Source: Flavobacteriaceae bacterium (GTDB lineage: Bacteria; Bacteroidota; Bacteroidia; Flavobacteriales; Flavobacteriaceae). From it: a DNA stretch of 64,000 bases. The position numbers and the translations under genes are program-made. The notes beneath the pieces are model-generated. The model was not told the DNA's origin. It saw only the letters and a list, made by a program, of their open reading frames with translations, and did not search any database. The stretch is taken from the NCBI GenBank assembly GCA_024644745.1, contig JAHEHF010000005.1, forward strand, positions 8,796 to 72,795, in the 5' to 3' direction. Every line of letters begins with the position of its first letter. The stretch's first letter is position 1. Shown here piece after piece: positions 1-7,873 of the stretch.

Positions 1-19
1 TCATAGTTGAAAAAGGCAA

Positions 20-54
20 TAAAAAAACCCATCAAAATTAGGTTATTGATGGGT
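20..54 (-). terminator. Rho-independent terminator downstream of the EF-G paralogue
   Basis: 9-bp stem acccatcaa (27-35) / ttgatgggt (46-54). On the - strand it is followed by a T-run (a21-a27 on +). Confidence 0.7.
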
Positions 55-75
55 AAAAATAATACTTTTTATTGA

Positions 76-2178
76 TCATTCCTTGATCAGTTCCATTTGA
101 ATATTTTGCGGAACGGGTTCGAAGGATGCGAATTTGACCTTAAAAGTAGCCCTTCCCTGGGTTTGAGAACGCAAACTGGTCGAGTACTTATACATTTCTG
201 CTTCAGGCACCTTGGCTTTTATGATCTGGTGTTTGCCATCACTTGACATTCCCATGATAATGGCCCGTCTCGATTGCAGGTCGGTCATGACATTTCCCAT
301 GAGTTCTTCAGGCACCTTTACTTCCAGATCCTGAATGGGTTCCAGTAATTTTGGCTTGGCATCTAAAAAAGCAGCTTTAAAAGCATGGGCCCCAGCAATT
401 TTGAAGGAGATATCATTTGAATCTACAGAATGCATTTTGCCGTCATATACCATGACCCTAATATCTCTTGCATAGGATCCGGTAAGCGGTCCTTCTTCCA
501 TCACCTCGAGGATTCCTTTCAGAATTGCGGGAAGATACCTCGTATCAATGACCCCTCCGGTAATGCAGTTATAAAAAACGAGTTTGCCTCCCCATTTCAA
601 TTCAATTTCTTCTTTTCCTCTGATATTGAACCCAATGGGCTCTTCCATACCTTCCGACCAGGGTTCAATTTTTAGGTGTACTTCTCCAAACTGTCCTGCA
701 CCTCCTGATTGTTTTTTATGCTTATAGCTCTGAGATGCCGGCCGTTGAATGGTTTCCCGATATGCGATGCGGGGCTGATCAAATACGGCTTTAACCCCGT
801 AGATGTTCTGAAGGGTCCAGTCTAGGGTGGCCAGATGCAGTTCTCCCTGGCAGGAAAGGATCTGCTGTTTGATTTCAGGTGAATATTTAAGTATGATCGT
901 GGGATCCTGGGCGTGTATTTTTCTCAGGATTTCATGCAGTTTTTCTTCATCTTTTTTATCAGCTGCTTCCACTGCTTTTCTGATCCTGGCTTCAGGAAAA
1001 ATGATCGGTTTGATGGTGATCTCAGTATTGATGTCCCTTAGGGTATCATTGGTTTCGGTATTTTTTAACTTTAAGGTGGCTCCTATATCTCCGGCTGTCA
1101 GTTTCTCTACAGGATGCCTTTTTTTTCCATCCATGATAAACAATTGATTCAAACTCTCAATTTCATCGTTTCTGGAATTTTTTAAACGGTCATTTTGTTT
1201 GACTTCACCTGATTTGACCTTAAAGAAGGTGATCTGTCCTAAATTAGGTTCGTGAAATGTTTTGAAAATAAAAAGAGCAGTAGGTTCTGATGACTTGCAG
1301 TACACTTCATTTCCTTCCAGACTTTGTTCCGGTTTCAAGTCTGCAGCAGCAGGTGCAACGTTGTCTATGAATCCCATCAAACGTCCAGTACCCATGTCAT
1401 TAATAGCCGATACGCAGAACACGGGGAACAATTCGTGGTTCAACATTCCTTTCTGGATCCCGAGGCGCATTTCATCCTCGTTCAATGAGCCTTTATCAAA
1501 AAACAGTTCCATGAGCTCTTCGTCATTTTCAGCAGCCTTTTCAATGAGCTCATTGTGCAGATAATCTGCCATTTCCTTTTCACTCTCTGGAATTTCAAGT
1601 TTTTCAGGTTTTCCGCCTTCCGGTTTGAATTTATAGACTTTCATTTTCAGGACGTCCACTATACACTGGGCCCCGTCTATGACGATTGGATATTGAATTT
1701 TAACGGCATTGTTACCTACCAAATCAACGATGCTTTGATAGCTGTTGTCATAATTTGCCTGTGGATGATCAATTTGATTGATCACAAAAAGGGTCGGACG
1801 GCTAAACTTATTGATGTACTCCCAAATGATCTCAGTTCCCACTTCAACCCCGTGCTGGGCATTGATAACAGTGACCAAAGAATCTGCAACACGCATGGTT
1901 GAAGCGATTTCTCCAATAAAATCATCTAGTCCGGGAGTGTCAATGATGTTAATTTTGTAATTGCGCCATTCTGTGTGCAGGGGAGTGGCAAAAATTGAAG
2001 TCTCTCTTTCCTGTTCAATTTGGTGATAATCTGCAACGGTATTTTTATCCTCCACGGTACCGCGCCTGTTGATCAATCCGGCCTCAAAGAGCATGGTTTC
2101 GGCAAGAGTGGTCTTGCCGCTGTTATGGGCGCCAACAAATGCAACATTTTTGATGTGTTTTTCGTCATATATTTTCAT
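76..2178 (-). CDS. Elongation factor G family paralogue with atypical GTPase motifs
   Basis: 700-aa ORF with ATG at 2178. P-loop GAHNSGKTT, switch II DTPGL, G4 NQID. EF-G domain IV/V motifs KKQSGGAGQFGEV and HSVDSNDISFKIAG. Confidence 0.85.
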   Translation of the reverse strand: MKIYDEKHIKNVAFVGAHNSGKTTLAETMLFEAGLINRRGTVEDKNTVADYHQIEQERETSIFATPLHTEWRNYKINIIDTPGLDDFIGEIASTMRVADSLVTVINAQHGVEVGTEIIWEYINKFSRPTLFVINQIDHPQANYDNSYQSIVDLVGNNAVKIQYPIVIDGAQCIVDVLKMKVYKFKPEGGKPEKLEIPESEKEMADYLHNELIEKAAENDEELMELFFDKGSLNEDEMRLGIQKGMLNHELFPVFCVSAINDMGTGRLMGFIDNVAPAAADLKPEQSLEGNEVYCKSSEPTALFIFKTFHEPNLGQITFFKVKSGEVKQNDRLKNSRNDEIESLNQLFIMDGKKRHPVEKLTAGDIGATLKLKNTETNDTLRDINTEITIKPIIFPEARIRKAVEAADKKDEEKLHEILRKIHAQDPTIILKYSPEIKQQILSCQGELHLATLDWTLQNIYGVKAVFDQPRIAYRETIQRPASQSYKHKKQSGGAGQFGEVHLKIEPWSEGMEEPIGFNIRGKEEIELKWGGKLVFYNCITGGVIDTRYLPAILKGILEVMEEGPLTGSYARDIRVMVYDGKMHSVDSNDISFKIAGAHAFKAAFLDAKPKLLEPIQDLEVKVPEELMGNVMTDLQSRRAIIMGMSSDGKHQIIKAKVPEAEMYKYSTSLRSQTQGRATFKVKFASFEPVPQNIQMELIKE

Positions 2179-2457
2179 GGAATTTGTCTTTAAGTGTATA
2201 CTCGTATAAAGTTAAGAAAATATATGCAAAGTATTATATGATATATGTTAGGTCTTTCATTAAAATAAGACCATTGTCCATTTATCAAGATGAGTCATTT
2301 TTACAATTAATGGAATTGATGATCTTTGATGGCCGTACATTTTACTGGACCCGAGAAGGTCAGAAAGGTTTGAGGAAATATGCATGCTTGCCAAAAGGAT
2401 GAAATCATGAAAAATTCTTTCATAAAATTGAATTGAAATCACCTTTAAATCAAAGTG

Positions 2458-2475
2458 TCCTTCGGAACTGAAGGA
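2458..2475 (-). terminator. Weak hairpin directly after the murB stop
   Basis: tccttc (2458-2463) / gaagga (2470-2475) with a 6-nt loop. Only a poor T-tract follows on the - strand. Confidence 0.3.
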
Positions 2476-3486
2476 TCAAATGATGTTAACCTCCATCTCG
2501 AGGTCAATACGGAATTTAACACGAACTGCTTCCTGTATGTCACTGGCCAATTCCAAGATTTCAAGCCCGGTCGCTTTGTCGTAATTGACCAGCACCAGTG
2601 CCTGATATTTATGAACCCCCGCATCTCCTATTCTTTTTCCTTTGAAACCACATTGTTCAACGAGCCAACCCGCAGGAACTTTGATTTCAGTGGGGGAAAT
2701 AACATAATGGGGAACTTCTTTGAAATTTTTTTCAATCTCAGCAAAGTGATCTGATGAAATAACCGGGTTCTTGAAAAAACTACCGCTGTTACCAATTTCC
2801 TGAGGATCCGGCAATTTGGATTTTCGAATCGAAATGACCGCATCAGAAATGTCTTTTATGCTGGGCTTATCAACATTATTTTCCTCTAATTTGCTTTGGA
2901 TGGCTCCGTAAGAGGCATTGATCCTGTGATGGGTCCTGGTCAGTTTAAAAGTGACATTGATAATGATAAATTTGTTCTTGAGCCGATTTTTAAAAACCGA
3001 TTCCCTGTAAGCAAAATTGCAGTCGGCAGGCTGAAAGGTTTTTATGAGTCCTGTACTGATTTCCATAGCCTCCAGTTCATAAAAGACATCCTTTAATTCG
3101 ACGCCATAGGCACCAATATTCTGCATGGGAGAGGTCCCGACGTTTCCGGGAATTAAAGACAAATTTTCGAGTCCGCCCAAGTCATGTGACAAACACCACA
3201 TTACAAATTCATGCCAGTTTTCTCCGGCCTGTGCCCTGACCAGAACAAAATCAGATTCCTTTTCCTGATCCATGACCTCTATCCCTTTGTTAACCAAATG
3301 GATCACGGGTTTGGTGATGTCCTTAGTCAATAAAATATTGCTTCCCCCACTCAAAATGAAAAGATCTTTGTGCAGGGCCACAATGGCAGATAATTGATCC
3401 ACAGAATTCACCTCCGCAAATTTTTCAGCCATGGCCTTGATGCCAAAAGTATTCAGATGTTGTAAGGAAATATTTTCTTCAAACAT
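2476..3486 (-). CDS. murB: UDP-N-acetylenolpyruvoylglucosamine reductase
   Basis: 336 aa. FAD-binding region GGSNILL and C-terminal MurB motif GNSGSFFKNP. The start overlaps the upstream stop by 1 nt (TAATG). Confidence 0.9.
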   Translation of the reverse strand: MFEENISLQHLNTFGIKAMAEKFAEVNSVDQLSAIVALHKDLFILSGGSNILLTKDITKPVIHLVNKGIEVMDQEKESDFVLVRAQAGENWHEFVMWCLSHDLGGLENLSLIPGNVGTSPMQNIGAYGVELKDVFYELEAMEISTGLIKTFQPADCNFAYRESVFKNRLKNKFIIINVTFKLTRTHHRINASYGAIQSKLEENNVDKPSIKDISDAVISIRKSKLPDPQEIGNSGSFFKNPVISSDHFAEIEKNFKEVPHYVISPTEIKVPAGWLVEQCGFKGKRIGDAGVHKYQALVLVNYDKATGLEILELASDIQEAVRVKFRIDLEMEVNII

Positions 3487-4676
3487 TAATCTGGGTATTG
3501 CTCCAATGCAAGTTTAAGCAATTCAACCGAACGAATCAAGCTTTCTTTGTTCAGTACATAGGCAATCCGGATCTGATTCTTTCCGGATCCTTCAGTCGAA
3601 TAAAACCCGCTCGCGGGAGCCACCATGACAGTTTCTCCTTTGTCGCTGAACTTCTCGAGCATCCATTGTGCAAATTTGTCGGCATCTTTAACCGGTAATT
3701 CTGCCATGCAGTAAAAGGCGCCTTTGGGTTTTGAAACTTTCAAGTTGTCAATTTTTTCCAACTCGCTGATCAGCAACTGTCTTCTTTCATCATACTCTTC
3801 GATGACCTTGTCAAAATAGCTTTGCGGCGTTTCAAGGGCCGCCTCACTGGCAAGAAGGGCATAACTTGGTGAGCTCAATCTGGCCTGTGCATATTTGAGT
3901 GCGGTACCAATAAGGGCCTTGTTTTTAGATACGATGCAACCTATACGGGCCCCGCACATGCTGTAGCGTTTAGAAACAGAATCAATGACAATAGCATTTT
4001 CTTCCAGTCCGTCCAGGCTCATGATGGAGTGATGTTTGACCCCGTCGTAAACAAATTCACGGTAGACTTCATCTGCAATAAGAAAGAGGTTGTGTTTCAA
4101 GGCCAGTTCCTTCAGTTTTATCAATTCACTTTTGGAATATAAATACCCTGTCGGATTCCCGGGATTACAGATCAGGATCGCTTTGGTCTTTTCGGTGATC
4201 AGCGCTTCAAAATTTTCAATGGGTGGCAAGGCAAAATCATTGTCAATGCTGGAAACAATGGGAACTACTTTGATGCCATTTGCGACAGAAAAACCATTGT
4301 AATTGGCATAGAAAGGTTCTGGAATGATGATCTCATCCCCAAAATCGGTAATACTTCCAAGGGTAAATAAAAGCGCCTCGGAACCTCCCGTGGTAATGAT
4401 GATATCCTTTTCCGTAACATCAATGTCATTTTTTCTGTAATAGGCACTCAGTTTCTTGCGGTATTCTTCTGAGCCTTCGCTCCTTGCGTAAGACAATACG
4501 CTGATATCATTATTCTTAACGGCATCCAGGGCCACTTTTGGGGTGGCGATATCGGGTTGCCCTATGTTCAGATGGAATACCTTGACCCCACGTTTTTTTG
4601 CCTCCTCTGCGTAAGGAACTAATTTGCGAATTGGTGATTCGGGCATATGCTGCCCTTTTAACGAAATATCAGGCAT
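3486..4676 (-). CDS. PLP-dependent class I/II aminotransferase (aspartate aminotransferase-like)
   Basis: Motifs NIGQPD, NPGNPTG and SVSKRYSMCGARIG (PLP lysine). The ORF-track start at 4703 is TTG; the first ATG at 4676 gives MPDISLKGQHMPESPIRKL. Confidence 0.85.
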   Translation of the reverse strand: MPDISLKGQHMPESPIRKLVPYAEEAKKRGVKVFHLNIGQPDIATPKVALDAVKNNDISVLSYARSEGSEEYRKKLSAYYRKNDIDVTEKDIIITTGGSEALLFTLGSITDFGDEIIIPEPFYANYNGFSVANGIKVVPIVSSIDNDFALPPIENFEALITEKTKAILICNPGNPTGYLYSKSELIKLKELALKHNLFLIADEVYREFVYDGVKHHSIMSLDGLEENAIVIDSVSKRYSMCGARIGCIVSKNKALIGTALKYAQARLSSPSYALLASEAALETPQSYFDKVIEEYDERRQLLISELEKIDNLKVSKPKGAFYCMAELPVKDADKFAQWMLEKFSDKGETVMVAPASGFYSTEGSGKNQIRIAYVLNKESLIRSVELLKLALEQYPD

Positions 4677-4804
4677 ATGAATCTGTGTTGAATGACCTTG
4701 CAAAATTGCAAAATATTATTTACTTTTTAACGATTTAGATTTCTTTTTTGAACTATAATTCGTATCTTTATAAGACGATTAAATTAACCTTTAAATATGC
4801 TATT

Positions 4805-5167
4805 ATGTCAAGTGATTCTAAATTATTATTAGGCCTTATTTTAGGTGCAGCGACTGGAGCAGTAGCAGGTTTACTTCTTGCGCCAGCGTCGGGAAAGGAG
4901 ACCCGAGAGAATATTTCCGAAAAGGCGAGTGTGCTGAAAGGTGATCTGGATAAAAAGTTCAATGAACTTTCTAAAAAGATTCAAGATCTGGACGGAGAGT
5001 CCATCAATGAATTCAAAGAAAAGTTTGGTGAAATCAAATCTTCAGTTAAAGAGCGGTTTGATACGCTTACAGCCAAAGTAAAGGATCTTGAAAAAGAACT
5101 TTCAGAAAAAATGGCCTCCCTGAAAAAAGAGGCAAAACCAGTTGAGACGAGTGCTAATTCAATATAA
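4805..5167 (+). CDS. YtxH domain-containing protein
   Basis: N-terminal LLGLILGAATGAVAGLLLAPASGKETRE followed by a Lys/Glu-rich coiled region. The ATG at 4805 is in frame with the TTG at 4748. Confidence 0.7.
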   Translation: MSSDSKLLLGLILGAATGAVAGLLLAPASGKETRENISEKASVLKGDLDKKFNELSKKIQDLDGESINEFKEKFGEIKSSVKERFDTLTAKVKDLEKELSEKMASLKKEAKPVETSANSI

Positions 5168-5187
5168 ATGAATGTTGAAATAGAACG

Positions 5188-5535
5188 ATGGTAGATTTGG
5201 TTAAAAAATATGTTGAGAACAGGATTCAACTAGTTAAATTAAATTTTATCGGTGCTATTGCCAATGTTTCGGCTGGATTGGTTAGTTCATTTTTATTATT
5301 GATCATGGGCACGCTTATTTTGCTCATGTTCAGTATTTCTATGGCTTTTTGGTTGGCTACATTTTTCGAGAGTGAAGTAATTGGTTTTGCACTGATGGGT
5401 TTGGTTTACCTGATTTTATTGGTTTTCTATGTCGTATTTGCAAAAAACAAGACAGAACTTCAAATCAAGAATAAAATTGTTGAAGCTGCCTTGGCAGATG
5501 ATGATGATTTTACCGAAACTTCAGATCATGAATAA
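5188..5535 (+). CDS. Holin-X / phage-holin-family-like small membrane protein
   Basis: 115 aa with two long hydrophobic hairpins and an acidic tail DDDDFTETSDHE. It lies 20 nt after the YtxH gene. Confidence 0.5.
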   Translation: MVDLVKKYVENRIQLVKLNFIGAIANVSAGLVSSFLLLIMGTLILLMFSISMAFWLATFFESEVIGFALMGLVYLILLVFYVVFAKNKTELQIKNKIVEAALADDDDFTETSDHE

Positions 5536-5536
5536 T

Positions 5537-5881
5537 ATGAGCGTAGAAATCAAAACGTTTGCAGATTTAAATCTGGCCAAGCAAAATTTGAAGCTTACTA
5601 TCAAAGAGCAGGAGTCAGAGATTCTTAGCAACCCTGTTCTCAGCATTCCTTTATCCATTGTCAAAGGAGGATCCTTTAAAGGTTCTCTGCAAAAATCATT
5701 CGAATCGGTTTCCTATTATGATTATAAAAAGGCTTTTTTGAGCTTGATCGGTACGGCCTTAATGGCGAACAAAAAGACCCGTAAATTTTTTGTTGCCTTT
5801 GTTATTGCCAAAGAAATGGTACCCTTCATCATGGATAAACTCAATGAGTTTGTCAAAAAAGAACGGCCTGTGCAGGGCTGA
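5537..5881 (+). CDS. Hypothetical protein, third member of the YtxH cluster
   Basis: ATG at 5537 (alternative 5528) immediately after the preceding stop at 5533-5535. One C-terminal hydrophobic segment. The longer ORF form from 5429 overlaps the previous gene. Confidence 0.5.
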   Translation: MSVEIKTFADLNLAKQNLKLTIKEQESEILSNPVLSIPLSIVKGGSFKGSLQKSFESVSYYDYKKAFLSLIGTALMANKKTRKFFVAFVIAKEMVPFIMDKLNEFVKKERPVQG

Positions 5882-5957
5882 ACAAAAGCTAAATATTTCT
5901 TAAAATCATTGCAGTCTCTTTTTTTTATAGTACATTCCAAAAGGTATTTTGTAATTC

Positions 5958-7286
5958 ATGATAAGTAAAAGAGCATTCCCGGGCATCATCATATTTTTTC
6001 TGGCCACTGCTGTATATGCCCAGGGAAAATTCCGGCTTTTGGACAATAACAAAGACAGTGAAAACGTCCCGTTTTCACTGGTCAACAATATGGTCGTGAT
6101 TTCGGCGAAGATCAATGGGAAAAAATTATCGTTCTTGCTGGATACGGGGATCAAGAAAACCATTCTCTTTAATCTTAAATTTAATGATTCGGTAGTCCTG
6201 AACAATGTAGAAAAGATTCAGTTGCGTGGCCTGGGAGAAGGAAATCCTATTGAAGCAATGCGGTCAGGGGGAAACATGTTTTCTATGGATGGAATCGTGA
6301 ACCCGAACCTTTCCTTATTCGTCATTACAGAAGATCTTTTCGATCTTTCTTCGAAAATGGGGGTCGATATACACGGAATTGTGGGTGGCGATCTTTTCAG
6401 TGATTTCATTGTCAAGATCAACTACGCAAGCGAAAGGCTGACCTTTTATAAACCAGATGCTTATGAGGCCAAGGCCTGCAAGGGATGTGAAACATTTCCA
6501 TTGGATTTTTACAATGGCAAACCTTATATTGATGTTGATGTTGTGAATCATCTTGATAAGGAATTCAGGGTCAAATTATTGATTGATTCAGGTGGTGGAG
6601 ATTCTTTGTGGCTGTTTCCCCATTCCGATCCGGACATCATTGTATCAGAGAACCACTTCGATGATTTTTTAGGAAAGGGTCTCAATGGAGATATCCTGGG
6701 CAAAAGGAGCAAGATAAAAAAGTTGAAAATTGGGAGCTTTGAGTTTGAGGATGCTACCGTATCGTATCCTGATTCAACTTCAATTGTCAAAGTGCATGCA
6801 AATCGCGATCGCAATGGCACCCTCGGCGCAGGGATTCTGAAAAGGTTTCAGGTCATCATGGATTATCCCAACAGTCAAATCACCCTTAAAAAAAATCCGA
6901 AGCTTTACAAGTCACCATTTTTATACAATAAGAGTGGTATGGAACTGACTTATGGAGAGGCCATTCTTGTTCAGGAAAAGAGAGCGGGTATATCCAACCC
7001 CACAAATGACGAAACCAGGTCGATTACCGAAATATTCTACAATTACGGGCTGACGTATAAACCAAGTTTTCAGGTGTCTATGATCAGGAAAGGATCACCG
7101 GCGCATTTTGCTGGGATCCTGGAAGGTGACATCATTCTTGAGGTCAACGGCAAGCCAAGTTATACGATGGAGATGGAAGAGGTCATTTACATGCTTTCTC
7201 AGAAAGAGAACAGGAAAATCAAAGTATTGGTAGATCGAAACGGGCAACACCTGCGGTACGAATTTGTTCTCAAGAGCCTGTTATAA
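5958..7286 (+). CDS. Secreted aspartyl protease with two retropepsin-like lobes and a C-terminal PDZ domain
   Basis: Signal peptide ending AVYAQG. Two catalytic-type motifs, LLDTGIKKT (D62) and LIDSGGGDS (D210). PDZ-like end GSPAHFAGILEGDIILEVNG. Confidence 0.7.
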   Translation: MISKRAFPGIIIFFLATAVYAQGKFRLLDNNKDSENVPFSLVNNMVVISAKINGKKLSFLLDTGIKKTILFNLKFNDSVVLNNVEKIQLRGLGEGNPIEAMRSGGNMFSMDGIVNPNLSLFVITEDLFDLSSKMGVDIHGIVGGDLFSDFIVKINYASERLTFYKPDAYEAKACKGCETFPLDFYNGKPYIDVDVVNHLDKEFRVKLLIDSGGGDSLWLFPHSDPDIIVSENHFDDFLGKGLNGDILGKRSKIKKLKIGSFEFEDATVSYPDSTSIVKVHANRDRNGTLGAGILKRFQVIMDYPNSQITLKKNPKLYKSPFLYNKSGMELTYGEAILVQEKRAGISNPTNDETRSITEIFYNYGLTYKPSFQVSMIRKGSPAHFAGILEGDIILEVNGKPSYTMEMEEVIYMLSQKENRKIKVLVDRNGQHLRYEFVLKSLL

Positions 7287-7313
7287 AAAAAGCCCTTTAA
7301 AAGGGCTTTCTAA
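7285..7313. terminator. Bidirectional terminator between convergent genes
   Basis: aagccctt (7290-7297) / aagggctt (7301-7308), flanked by an A-run on one side and T-rich sequence on the other. Confidence 0.75.
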
Positions 7314-7314
7314 T

Positions 7315-7761
7315 TTAATTTTCTGAGACGATGCTCTTCTTTTTTTGCAGCTCGGCTGTTTCGTTTTCAAGGACCCTTCCTTTTATTCTCAAAACTACTT
7401 TAGGCTCGTAGGCATTTGACATGATCGTAACCTGCTTTGAAAACGGCCCGATCCTGTTCGTTGCGTATTTCACTTTGATCTCTCCTGATTCTCCCGGCAT
7501 TATAGGCTCTTCAGGTTTTGTAGGTACGGTACATCCGCAACTTCCTTTGACACTTGAAATGATCAAAGGTGATTTGCCAATGTTTTTAAATTTAAAAATT
7601 CTGTTGCCATCAGAATTGGCGGCAATATCACCATAATCGATGACTTTATTTTCAAATTCGAAAACAGGGCCTGTGAAGTCTTTTTTAATTTCCTCTTCAG
7701 ACTGCGCGCTTAAGGTAAAAGGCAGGATTCCGATAAATAATAAAAACAGTATTTTTTTCAT
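7315..7761 (-). CDS. DUF1573 domain-containing secreted protein
   Basis: Signal peptide, then FEFENKVIDYGDI ... FKFKNIGKSPLIISSVKGSCGCTVP, which is typical of DUF1573. Confidence 0.75.
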   Translation of the reverse strand: MKKILFLLFIGILPFTLSAQSEEEIKKDFTGPVFEFENKVIDYGDIAANSDGNRIFKFKNIGKSPLIISSVKGSCGCTVPTKPEEPIMPGESGEIKVKYATNRIGPFSKQVTIMSNAYEPKVVLRIKGRVLENETAELQKKKSIVSEN

Positions 7762-7777
7762 GATAAATATTTTGAGT

Positions 7778-7785
7778 CAAAATTA
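7778..7785 (-). promoter_or_regulatory. -7 promoter box TAatTTTG for the DUF1573 gene
   Basis: caaaatta on the + strand is TAATTTTG on the - strand, 16 nt before the ATG. It matches the Bacteroidota primary-sigma -7 consensus TAnnTTTG. Confidence 0.45.
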
Positions 7786-7839
7786 ATACATTTTCGAATA
7801 AATCTAACTGAAATAGACCTAATTTATTGCTTAAAATTG

Positions 7840-7847
7840 TAATTTTG
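7840..7847 (+). promoter_or_regulatory. -7 promoter box TAatTTTG for valS
   Basis: Exact TAnnTTTG match, 26 nt before the valS ATG. Confidence 0.45.
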
Positions 7848-7873
7848 CAGACTATTTTAGAATAATTTAACAT

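Noticed and set aside
5429-5536. Upstream extension of the third YtxH-cluster ORF, overlapping the holin-like gene in another frame.
   Set aside because: The overlap of more than 100 nt is unnecessary. ATG codons at 5528 and 5537 sit at the stop of the preceding gene, the usual coupling geometry in this window.
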